Origin: Pirellulales bacterium
Lineage (GTDB): Bacteria; Planctomycetota; Planctomycetia; Pirellulales; UBA1268
DNA: 44,893 bases
Assembly: GCA_040397585.1 (NCBI GenBank)
Contig: JBBAVS010000001.1
Location: 28,156 to 73,048 of the forward strand
Direction of reading: 5' to 3'
Position 1 is the first letter of the stretch, and each line of letters starts with the position of its first letter. Positions 25,528 through 34,468 of this stretch are shown piece after piece. The notes below the pieces were generated by a model that was not told the DNA's origin, searched no databases, and saw only the letters and a list, made by a program, of their open reading frames with translations. Made by a program: the position numbers and the translations under genes.

Positions 25528-28272
25528 TCAGCCCTCAATGCCCTGCAGCACGTCGAGCTGTCTGCCGGCCGCATCGACCTCCGCCTGCTTCGCGGTCACG
25601 ACCGCACGCTTCTCCACGCTCGCCTGCACCGCGTCGGCCAACGCCTTGGCGGCCGTCGCCAACTCGGCGTCGACCACCGGCAGCGCCGCCGTCAGGGCGG
25701 CGATGTCGGCCTTGTGCTTGTCGCCGGCCGCCCGCATGTCGACGATCGCTTTCTCCCAGGCCGCCTTCTCGGCCATCAAGGCGGCGAGCCCATCCTGCTC
25801 CTGCTTGAGCTGTGCCCGCTTGGCATCGAGCGCGGCGCCGAGGCCCGCCCGCGCCTGCTTGAGGGTGGCGTCGTCGGGCGCGGCTGCCAGGCCCGTGTCG
25901 AGGCTCTTCGTCGATTCGTCGATCACCGCGATCGCCTGCAGCGATTGTTCGATGGCCCCCTGCGCGGCGATGAGTTCACCGCCGCGCTTCTCGATCTGGC
26001 CGGTGAGCGCCTGCATTGCCTGCTCCCCCTGCGCGAGGGCCGCCGTCAGGGAGGCGATCTGCTTCTGCATGCCGTCCTTCTTCGCGACGACGGCCTGCTG
26101 CGCCTGCTCGTCGGCCTGCCGCCTGGCCTCCGTCTGAGCCAGGTCCGCCTCCGCCTGCCCGAGCACCTGCTCGCGTTCGGCGAGCACCGTGGCGAGGCCG
26201 ACGTAGTTCGACTGAAACACCACCTCGGCGAGCCAGTGGGCGTGGGCCGCGGCGGCCTGGTCGAGTTGGGCCTTGAGCGCATCGGCCAGGGCGGCCGCCT
26301 GCTGGTGCTTCGTCGTGGCGGCGGCGACCGTGGCGTCGGTCTGTGCCAACTTCTGCCCGGCCACATCGGCGACGATCTTGGCCTGGTCGCGCGGTCCGGT
26401 GGCTGCCACGACCTGCTGTTCCGCCAACGTGATTGCCGCGGCACGGTTGTCGAGTTCCGCCTTCTGGGGCTCGCGGCGTGCCTGCGCTTCGGCCTGCTTC
26501 GCCTGGGCGGCGACCAGGGCCTGATTGGCCGCCTCCCTGGCAATGGCGTCCTCTCCGGCGGCCCCGACGGCGGCCGTCGCTGCCTGCACCTCCGCGGCCG
26601 CGGCCGCGATCTGCTGGTCGATCGCCGGCAGCGCCGCGGCGGCCTCGGCGTGCGACTGCTTCACGGCCGCGACCGCGGCGGTGGCGGCATCGACCTGCTT
26701 CTGGGTTTCTGCGAGCGGGCCGTCGACGGCCGTCTTGGCCGCGAGGGCGACCGCACGCTCCTGGCTGGCCGCTGCCAACTCGGTGGCCGCGGCCGCGACG
26801 GCCTGCGTGGCCTCGGCGAGTTTTGACTGCCGTGCGGCCACCTCGCGATCGGCGGCTCCTGCGCGGTCGGCCAGCGAGATCGGATTGGGATCGAGCGTGC
26901 CGACGCGGGCGCCATCCGCCGCATTCCACACGCGGATCTCACCGGTCCAGTCGCCGACCAGGAGCCGATTTGTCTCATCGCAGAAAGACGCGGCGAGGCC
27001 GACATCGGCACAGGCCTCGAAGGCCCGCTCCTGCGTGCCGTCGGGCGTCCAGAGTTTGGGCGTCGTGTCGCGGCCCACCGACACGAGCCTGCCGTCGCGA
27101 GCAAATTCAACCGCCGCCGCACCGCCGCCGTGCGCTGCCCAGGCCTTCACCTGGCTGCCATTCTCCAGTTCCCAGAGCCGGATCTGGCCGTCCTCGCAAC
27201 TCGTGGCGACCATGTTCGAGTCGGACCGCCAGGCGATGCCGGTGACGCGTGCCGGATGAGACTGCAGCGTGAGGAAATCGCGGCCGCTCGTCGCTTCCCA
27301 GATGACGACGCCACCGGCCCGGTCGCCCGTCGCCAGGAGCGCGCCATCGGGGCTGTAGGCAGCTGCCGTGATCCAGTCGGTGTGTTTGGTGAGATCGTGC
27401 AGTTTCTGCCCAGTCTCGAGCGAATACACGCGCACGGCCCGCTGCGGGCCGCCGAACGCCACGAGCCGCTGGTCGGGGCTCACGTCGGCGGCGAGAACGA
27501 CGTCGAGTTCGTCACCGAGCGTGCGAATTCGCCGACCGCTCTTCACACTCCAGATGGCGACCCGACCGCTTGCGGCGCCGACGCCACCGCCGGCAAGCAC
27601 GATTCCACCGCCAGCGCTGAACTTGACGACATGCGGCCGACCCTCGGGAAACGGGAGCACCCCGGCCAACTGCAGCGAGTCGGTGCGGTAGAGCAGCACC
27701 TGTTTCTGTCCGCAAACGGCGGCCAGCGGCGCCCACGGGCTCGTCGCGATCGACGCACAGACGTCGAGGCGCGGGGTGCGGATCACGGGCTCGAGCGGGA
27801 GACGCGCCGGCAGCGGCGGCACCGCGGGGCGGGCCGTTGCCGGCGCGGTCATCGCGATCTCCACCCTCTTCACCGGCACCGCCGCAACGCTGCCCTTGTT
27901 CTCGAGCACGCCGCCATCGATCCAGGCGCGAAGTGCCTGCCGCTCAGGCTCGGGGATCGGCGGCGCGTCGGGGGGCATCACCGGCTCGTCGTCGTGGTTG
28001 ACGACGCGGAAGAGGTGGCTGCGGTTGGCGTCGCCCGGCACGATCACCTCGCCCGACCCGCCGCCGGCCATGATCCCCGCGTAGCTCGTGACGTCGAGGC
28101 CGGCCGTCTTCTTGTCGGCGTTGTGGCAGGAGCCGCAGCGCTGCCGGAGCACCGGCAGCGCGTTGTCGATGAACGTCACCTTCTCCCCAGCGCGGAGGCC
28201 GCCGCCGGCCACCGCAGCGGCACACGCTGCGGCCAAGGTGAGGCGGTGAAGGCAGGCTGGGCGACGCTTCAT
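25528..28272 (-). CDS. Planctomycete cytochrome c domain + WD40 repeats + long coiled coil
   Basis: Signal peptide, CGSCH...MPP...WIDGG, WD40 repeats (HTDWITAAAYSPDG, DGQIRLWE), and an Ala/Gln-rich heptad tail of ~400 aa. Confidence 0.85.
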   Translation of the reverse strand: MKRRPACLHRLTLAAACAAAVAGGGLRAGEKVTFIDNALPVLRQRCGSCHNADKKTAGLDVTSYAGIMAGGGSGEVIVPGDANRSHLFRVVNHDDEPVMPPDAPPIPEPERQALRAWIDGGVLENKGSVAAVPVKRVEIAMTAPATARPAVPPLPARLPLEPVIRTPRLDVCASIATSPWAPLAAVCGQKQVLLYRTDSLQLAGVLPFPEGRPHVVKFSAGGGIVLAGGGVGAASGRVAIWSVKSGRRIRTLGDELDVVLAADVSPDQRLVAFGGPQRAVRVYSLETGQKLHDLTKHTDWITAAAYSPDGALLATGDRAGGVVIWEATSGRDFLTLQSHPARVTGIAWRSDSNMVATSCEDGQIRLWELENGSQVKAWAAHGGGAAAVEFARDGRLVSVGRDTTPKLWTPDGTQERAFEACADVGLAASFCDETNRLLVGDWTGEIRVWNAADGARVGTLDPNPISLADRAGAADREVAARQSKLAEATQAVAAAATELAAASQERAVALAAKTAVDGPLAETQKQVDAATAAVAAVKQSHAEAAAALPAIDQQIAAAAAEVQAATAAVGAAGEDAIAREAANQALVAAQAKQAEAQARREPQKAELDNRAAAITLAEQQVVAATGPRDQAKIVADVAGQKLAQTDATVAAATTKHQQAAALADALKAQLDQAAAAHAHWLAEVVFQSNYVGLATVLAEREQVLGQAEADLAQTEARRQADEQAQQAVVAKKDGMQKQIASLTAALAQGEQAMQALTGQIEKRGGELIAAQGAIEQSLQAIAVIDESTKSLDTGLAAAPDDATLKQARAGLGAALDAKRAQLKQEQDGLAALMAEKAAWEKAIVDMRAAGDKHKADIAALTAALPVVDAELATAAKALADAVQASVEKRAVVTAKQAEVDAAGRQLDVLQGIEG

Positions 28273-28274
28273 GA

Positions 28275-30479
28275 TCAGTGGTTGAAAACGAACTCTCGCG
28301 AGTTGAGGATCGCCCAGAAGCTGTCCTCGAGATTCCGCTGGATGGCTGCCGGATCCTGGGCGGCGGGATCCTGCAGGATCTCGAGGAGCGCCGTGCGCTC
28401 CTTCTCGGTGGGCATGCGCGTGAGCGTGCGCAGGTAGACCTCCTCGACGATCTGCTCGGCAGAGCGCTTCTCGTCGAGCATCCGCTTGACCATGCCTCCG
28501 GAAGCGATCTTCTCCTGGACGGTGTCGCCGTTGAGCAGGTGCAGGGCCTGCGAGAGACTCGGCTCCATCTTCACCTCGCAGGAGCAGGCCGTGCCCCGCG
28601 TGGCGCGGCCGAAGGTGGTGAGGAAGTAGCTGCTCGTGTTGCCATCGGCGATCTGCACCGCGCGGGCCCCGAGCGGCAGGCCCTGGAACTTGTTTTGCGT
28701 GGCCGTGGCGGCTGTGACCACGTCGAGGAGCACCTCGGAGCGGATCCGCCGCAGCCGGGCCTTCGAGAAATTGCGGTCGTCGTCGGCGTTGGTTTCGTTG
28801 GCCTGCGTCGAACGCTGGTAGGCATTCGACGTGCAGATCTCCCGGACGAGTTGCTTGAAGTCGTACCTCGACTCCACGAACCGTGTGGCGAGGACGTCGA
28901 GCAACGCCTTGTTCACGGGCGGATTGCTCACGCGCACGTCGTCCACTTCGTCGACGATGCCGGAGCCGAAGAAGTGGGCCCAGACGATGTTGACGAGGTT
29001 GCGGCCGAAGTATTCGTTGGCCGGCGAGGCGAGCCAGTCGGCCAGCACTTCGCGGCGGTCGCGGCCCTGCGTGTCGGGCACGGCACCGCCGAGGAACTTC
29101 GGCGGCACGACGCGGCCGCCCACGGGATGCTTGACGTCGCCATTGCCGGAATTGAAGACGATCGTCTCACGGGGATCTTCGCCGCGCTTGCGGCCGATCT
29201 GGGCGAAGAAGTTGGCGAAGCCGTAGTAGTCATCCATCGTCCAGCGGTCGAAGGGATGGTTGTGGCACTGGGCGCACTGGATCCGCATCCCCATGAACAC
29301 CTGCGCCACGTTCTCGGCCGTCTTGAGCGTGTCGCGCTCGTGCTGGAAGTAGTTCGTGGCCGGCTCCGTGAACGTGCCCCCCTTGGCGGAGAGCAGCTCG
29401 CGGACGAGTTGGTCGATCGGTGTGTTGGCCTCGATACGCTCCTGGAGCCAGTTGTAATAGAGGAGCATCGCCTTGTAGCTGACCTCGTTGGGCACCGTGC
29501 GGATCATCATCAGTTCCGACCATTTCATCACCCAGAGGTCGACGAACTCCTTGCGCAAGAGGAGCTGGTCGACGAGCGCAGCCCGCTTCTGGGGGTCGGC
29601 GCTCGCCATGAAGGAACGGTATTCATCGGAGGTGGGGAGCACACCGCAGATGTCGAGGCTCGCCCGGCGGAGGAACTCCTCGTCGGTGCAGATGGCCGAC
29701 GGGTTGATCCGCAGTTTCTGCAGCTTGGCGTGGATGAGCTCGTCGATCACGTTGGCCGCGGGCGGGTTCGCCCACTGGAAGGCGACGCCCATGGGCAGCG
29801 TGATGAAGTGGGAACCGACAGTGTGGGTCTCGAACCTGGCCATCACGAACGCCTCGCCACGGTTGCCGGCGGTGACGAGGCCGGTGGCGTCGACCTTGGC
29901 CGCATTGTCGTTGTTCGTGAGAAACACGGCGAGCGAAGTCACGTCGCGCTCGCTGCCATCGGCATACTTCGCCCGCACGGAGAGCTGCTGGGTCGCGCCC
30001 GCGCCGTCGAGCACGCCTTCGGGTGGATCGAGCACCACGGCGACGACGGCCGGCACGGGGCCGGGATCATTTTTCGCGCCGGTGTCGAGCCAGCGCTTGA
30101 GCGTGTTGTAGTATTCGTCTCCGGGCTTGATCCGGGCGCCGCCCCCGTGCGGCACGGCATTGGTCGCCTTCGTGAGCAGAAAGCTCTCGGCAGTGAGGGC
30201 GAGGTTGATGCGCCGGCCGCTGAACTCGCGAGTGATCCTCTGGTAATCGGCCTCAGGATCGAACCCGAAGAGCGAGAGCCGAAAGCCGTCCTTGCCGCGG
30301 GCGGCGCCGTGGCAGCTGCCCGTGTTGCAGCCACTCCGCATGAGGATCGGCATCACGTCGAGCCGGAAGCTCGGGCCAGGGTCCTCGGACGCAGGCGCAA
30401 CGCGGTGGCCGAGCAGCGCGAGGAGGAGCGCGACGGTAGCGAGCGACTGCTGCGGAAAGCGATGTTGCAGTGGTTTCAT
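28275..30479 (-). CDS. DUF1549/DUF1553 domain protein with Ig-like domain
   Basis: SFRLDVMPIL..GCNTGSCHG, DEEFLRRASLD, CAQCHNHPFDRWT, VDEVDD, SQALHLLNG, NSREFVFNH. Confidence 0.9.
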   Translation of the reverse strand: MKPLQHRFPQQSLATVALLLALLGHRVAPASEDPGPSFRLDVMPILMRSGCNTGSCHGAARGKDGFRLSLFGFDPEADYQRITREFSGRRINLALTAESFLLTKATNAVPHGGGARIKPGDEYYNTLKRWLDTGAKNDPGPVPAVVAVVLDPPEGVLDGAGATQQLSVRAKYADGSERDVTSLAVFLTNNDNAAKVDATGLVTAGNRGEAFVMARFETHTVGSHFITLPMGVAFQWANPPAANVIDELIHAKLQKLRINPSAICTDEEFLRRASLDICGVLPTSDEYRSFMASADPQKRAALVDQLLLRKEFVDLWVMKWSELMMIRTVPNEVSYKAMLLYYNWLQERIEANTPIDQLVRELLSAKGGTFTEPATNYFQHERDTLKTAENVAQVFMGMRIQCAQCHNHPFDRWTMDDYYGFANFFAQIGRKRGEDPRETIVFNSGNGDVKHPVGGRVVPPKFLGGAVPDTQGRDRREVLADWLASPANEYFGRNLVNIVWAHFFGSGIVDEVDDVRVSNPPVNKALLDVLATRFVESRYDFKQLVREICTSNAYQRSTQANETNADDDRNFSKARLRRIRSEVLLDVVTAATATQNKFQGLPLGARAVQIADGNTSSYFLTTFGRATRGTACSCEVKMEPSLSQALHLLNGDTVQEKIASGGMVKRMLDEKRSAEQIVEEVYLRTLTRMPTEKERTALLEILQDPAAQDPAAIQRNLEDSFWAILNSREFVFNH

Positions 30480-30496
30480 GGTGTTGCCGCCCAACC

Positions 30497-32938
30497 CTAC
30501 TTCGTGCCGCCGGCCTGCTGGCGGAGTTTTTCCAGCCGCGTCAGCGGCTTGATCGAGGGCGGCGCTGGCGGAGGCGGTGCCGCGGCCTCGGCCGGAGCCG
30601 CGGGGGCGGCCGGAGCAGGCTGGGCGATCTGCAGTTCGGTGGCGCCGCCCGACATCCGCGCCTGCCCGCCGTTGACGGGCGTCAGCAACTCCACGAACAC
30701 CGACTTGTGGTTGCCCGCCGGGCTCTTGGCGGTCGTGGCCACCTCAAACACGATGTCTTTCGTGTCTTTCGTGAATTTGAGTTCCGGAGCGGTCGCTTCC
30801 GGCGGCAGGCCGTGGAGCCGCGCGATCGCCTCGCCCTCGAACGGCCTCACCTGCGCGAGCGTGCAGGCGATCTGGGCCGGCTTGCCCTGCTCGCAGGAGG
30901 CCCGCGCGAGCGTCGCCGTGGTGAACGGTTCGGCCACTTCGAGCGGCGTCAGCGGGGACGCCACCCACGCCGTGCCGCCCACGTCGGCTGCGGCGATGCA
31001 ATAGACCTGCCAGGCGCCCACCGCCGCCTTGCCGTCGGCGTTGATCTGGTAGATACCCTCCCACGCATCGGCCGGAATCGTGATCGACGGTGCCGCGCCG
31101 ACTCCGGGCGGACGAAACGGCAACTCGACCGTGACGGGCTGCGTGAATCCCGCTCCGCGCCGCACGATCACCTTCAGATCGAGCGCGCCATTTTTCACGA
31201 GCGGAGCCTGCGGGGGAGCGATCTCGACATGAAACGGCACCGCGTCGATCACCGCCACGGCAAGCTTCTCGGCGTGGCCGCTGTAATAGACGGCGTTGTT
31301 CGGGTCGCCGAGCACGAAGTCGGCTTCGTTCTTAAAGTGTCCGCGGACCCCCGCCTTGCCCTCGGGATCCTGCTCCGTGACCTGCTTCGCCTCGAACGTG
31401 ATCATTTTTCCGGCAAGCGGCGCGTCGGCAGCCGCCTCGAAGACGACGGGCACCTGCGTCTGCCCGGCCTTCATCACGGGCGCCGTCATCGAGAGTCCGG
31501 CGGGCAACTGGCCGCCGTCGAGCACGAGGTCGCCGTCGAAGTTTTCGCGCGCCGCGTTCACGAGCACGGCGTAGCGGTTGCCACGCGGCACGAACACGGT
31601 CTGTCGCGTCTGCGAAGAGCGGTCGATGCGGGGGATCGAGAGGGAAAGGGCCGGCTGCGCAGGCTCGAACTCGATGCGATAGGTGAAGTCGGGCTGGCCG
31701 CGGCCAAGATGGTCCTTGACTTGCAGGATGTATTCGCCGTCCTCCGGGACGTCGAACTTGTAGGCCGAGTCAGGGCCCTGCGCGTCGTCGTTGCCGCCTA
31801 CGTTCTTGCCGTCGACGTTCAGGACGTGGATCACCGAATCGAGCCCCGAGCGCAGGCCGCGGGCATGGCACTTCACCTGGAACGACTGCCCCTTCTTCGC
31901 GCCAAACCGGAAGTGGTCGACGTCGCCGGGGTGGCCGATGGTGCCGTTGAACGCGAGCGCTGCGTCGCCGGAGGTTGCCGTCTTGATCTCGTCGTTGGGC
32001 TCCTGCTCGAGCGTGTTGCCATAGCCCGAAATCCGAAACGGTAGCGCCGAGGGGCAGATGCCGCCGTCGTCGGTGGCGAACAGCGGGTGGACGCCGCCGA
32101 CCGGCCCGGGGGGCACGTCGATCTCGCGGTCGATTGGCCCGGCGGCATCACCGAGGAATGTCACTTTCATCTTCTCGCCGGCCTTGCCGCCGGCCGGAGA
32201 GACGGCAGTGGGCCGCGGAAACGTGCCGATGTGCAGCCGATACCGCGAATCCTTGTCGCCCGCGTACGACGCCTCCCGAATCTGCACGACGTAGCGGCCG
32301 TCCGCGGGTGCGACCAGCGAGAGGATGCCGTCCTGGAGCGTGGCGGGCGAGTCATCGGCGGCCGCGAGTTGAAAGCGTTTCGTATCGACGATCGCGATGA
32401 AGGGATCGAAGCGGTGGCTACCGAGCCGCAGGCCTTCGGCCTCGACCGACAGACGCTGCCCCTGCTTGAGCTCGACGGCGAAGCTGTCGAGGTCTTCGGT
32501 TTCGGCGATCCCGTGCACCGTGGTGTTGAGCGGCACCGCCTGCGCCTGCTCCACTGAGCCGTTCGGCTCGACTTCATCCGTGATCGGCAGTGCACCGACC
32601 CAAAACGAGCGATATTCGGTAATCCCTGACTTCGCCCGCACGTGAACGAGTTGCTCGCCGAGCGGGCAGCCTTCGGGCACATGCACGACGGCCTTGAACG
32701 AGTTGGCATCGACCGGTGTCAGCGATTTCACGGCGAGGCCATCCGCCGAGTGGAAGAGGATCTCCTCCGCGTCGCCGAGCCTGGCACCCGTGAACGTGAA
32801 CTCGCGATCACCGCCGCGCTGGACCCCGCGGGGCAGGATGAGCGAGAGTTGGGGAAACGAGGCGGCCGCGGGGAGAGCCTGCAGCACCGCCCCGACGAAC
32901 GCTCCGAGCGTCAACAATCGCAGGCGTCGTGAACTCAT
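30497..32938 (-). CDS. Exported pre-peptidase C-terminal (PPC) domain repeat protein
   Basis: Signal peptide, PRGVQRG, EVEPN and EQEPND repeats, GDVDHFRF. Usual partner of DUF1501 genes. Confidence 0.8.
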   Translation of the reverse strand: MSSRRLRLLTLGAFVGAVLQALPAAASFPQLSLILPRGVQRGGDREFTFTGARLGDAEEILFHSADGLAVKSLTPVDANSFKAVVHVPEGCPLGEQLVHVRAKSGITEYRSFWVGALPITDEVEPNGSVEQAQAVPLNTTVHGIAETEDLDSFAVELKQGQRLSVEAEGLRLGSHRFDPFIAIVDTKRFQLAAADDSPATLQDGILSLVAPADGRYVVQIREASYAGDKDSRYRLHIGTFPRPTAVSPAGGKAGEKMKVTFLGDAAGPIDREIDVPPGPVGGVHPLFATDDGGICPSALPFRISGYGNTLEQEPNDEIKTATSGDAALAFNGTIGHPGDVDHFRFGAKKGQSFQVKCHARGLRSGLDSVIHVLNVDGKNVGGNDDAQGPDSAYKFDVPEDGEYILQVKDHLGRGQPDFTYRIEFEPAQPALSLSIPRIDRSSQTRQTVFVPRGNRYAVLVNAARENFDGDLVLDGGQLPAGLSMTAPVMKAGQTQVPVVFEAAADAPLAGKMITFEAKQVTEQDPEGKAGVRGHFKNEADFVLGDPNNAVYYSGHAEKLAVAVIDAVPFHVEIAPPQAPLVKNGALDLKVIVRRGAGFTQPVTVELPFRPPGVGAAPSITIPADAWEGIYQINADGKAAVGAWQVYCIAAADVGGTAWVASPLTPLEVAEPFTTATLARASCEQGKPAQIACTLAQVRPFEGEAIARLHGLPPEATAPELKFTKDTKDIVFEVATTAKSPAGNHKSVFVELLTPVNGGQARMSGGATELQIAQPAPAAPAAPAEAAAPPPPAPPSIKPLTRLEKLRQQAGGTK

Positions 32939-32971
32939 CGGATGCTCCGGCATGCCGGGGGCAGCGGCTGG

Positions 32972-34276
32972 TCAGGTGATCAACGGCCCGCACACCTTGC
33001 CGCCGTCGACGATCTCGACGGGGCGGGCTCCCGGGGCCATCAACTCCTTACGGGCGTCGATGCCGAGCCGGTCGTAGATCGTCGTGGCCCAGTCCTCGAC
33101 GGAGAGCGGATTGTCCTCGGGCTCGCTGGCCGTCGCGTTGCTCGAGCCATGCACGATGCCGGCCTTGATGCCGCCGCCCGCCATCACGATCGAAAACACC
33201 TTCGGCCAATGGTCACGGCCCGCGGTCGGATTGATCTTCGGCGTGCGGCCGAATTCGGTGCCCACGCAGACGAGCGTCGAGGCGAGCAGGCCGCGGCGGT
33301 CGAGGTCGCGGACGAGCGTGGCGAACCCCTGATCGAAGGGGGCCGCGTTGGTGCGCATGTTTGCCTCGATGGCGTCGTGGTGGTCCCAACTGCCGTAGGT
33401 GAGCGTGACGAACCGCACGCCCGACTCGACGAGCCGTCGCGCGAGCAGCATCCGCATGCCGGCGGGATTGCGACCGTATTCATCCTTGATGGCGTCGGGT
33501 TCCTTCGCCATGTCGAATGCTTCCTGCGCCTTGGCGGAACTGATCAGTCCGTAGGCCCGCTGATAGAAGGTGTCGAGGGCGTCGAGCGAGTCGCCCTTCT
33601 CCTTCTGCCGAAAGTGGTCGTTGACGACGTCGAGTATCCGCCGCCGCTTGTCAAACCGGGCCACGTCGATGCCAGCCGGCAGGTTGAGGTCGCGGACCTG
33701 AAACTTGGGATCGGCCGGATCGGCGCCGAGGCTGAATCCGGAGTAGGCACTCGACAGGTAGCCCGAGCCCGCGAACTCGTTGGGGACGCTCGGGATGCAG
33801 ACGTAGGCGGGTAGATTTTCGCGCGGTCCGAATTCGTGGGAGATCACGGAGCCGATGCTCGGATATTGAAGCGCCGGGCTTGGCCGATAACCCGTGAACA
33901 TGTTGTGCGTGCCGCGCTCGTGGGCCGCCTCGCCGTGGGTCATCGAGCGGCAGATGGCGAGTTTGTCGGCGATCTTGGCCGTGTGCGGGAGCAGTTCACC
34001 AAATCGCACGCCGGGCAAAACCGTGTCGATGCTGCCCAGGGGGCCGCGGTATTCGACCGGCGCGTAGGGCTTGGGGTCGAACGTTTCCTGGTGGGCGTAG
34101 CCGCCGGGCAGGTAGATGTAGATGACCGACTTGGCGACGCCTTCCCTGGCCGGTTGGCCGGCATCGGCCCGGGCTGCCTCCATCCGAAAGAAGTCGCCGA
34201 GCGTGAGGCCCAAGCCACCAAGGGCACCAACGGTCAGAAAGCCGCGGCGATCGACACCGTTCGAGAAGCGTGCCAT
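32972..34276 (-). CDS. DUF1501 domain protein (Tat-type signal)
   Basis: DRRGFL, LPGG.AHQETFDPKP, LARRLVESGVRFV, WDHH, EFGRTPKIN..GRDHWP. Confidence 0.92.
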   Translation of the reverse strand: MARFSNGVDRRGFLTVGALGGLGLTLGDFFRMEAARADAGQPAREGVAKSVIYIYLPGGYAHQETFDPKPYAPVEYRGPLGSIDTVLPGVRFGELLPHTAKIADKLAICRSMTHGEAAHERGTHNMFTGYRPSPALQYPSIGSVISHEFGPRENLPAYVCIPSVPNEFAGSGYLSSAYSGFSLGADPADPKFQVRDLNLPAGIDVARFDKRRRILDVVNDHFRQKEKGDSLDALDTFYQRAYGLISSAKAQEAFDMAKEPDAIKDEYGRNPAGMRMLLARRLVESGVRFVTLTYGSWDHHDAIEANMRTNAAPFDQGFATLVRDLDRRGLLASTLVCVGTEFGRTPKINPTAGRDHWPKVFSIVMAGGGIKAGIVHGSSNATASEPEDNPLSVEDWATTIYDRLGIDARKELMAPGARPVEIVDGGKVCGPLIT

Positions 34277-34312
34277 CGGTCTTTTTCTCCAGAACGCCCG
34301 AGACCCGATTCA

Positions 34313-34318
34313 ATTATA
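34313..34318 (-). promoter_or_regulatory. Possible -10 box (TATAAT) for the DUF1501 operon
   Basis: ATTATA on + reads TATAAT on -, ~37 bp upstream of the ATG. GGAG on - at 34287-34290. No convincing -35. Confidence 0.35.
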
Positions 34319-34468
34319 CTTTCGCGCCCCGTGTTTCATCGGGTTTTGACGACATTCGGCTGCAACGCAGCAATCGTGCCGGCGACATAAGTCGTGACTG
34401 GAGAATAGTTTAAGGGCGGCACTGGTGAGGGTCACCCGTCGAAGGGTATGAGGGTTCTCGGCGTGGGG

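Noticed and set aside
25528-26880. Repetitive GCC-rich DNA as a repeat element
   Set aside because: Explained by the Ala-rich coiled-coil coding sequence.
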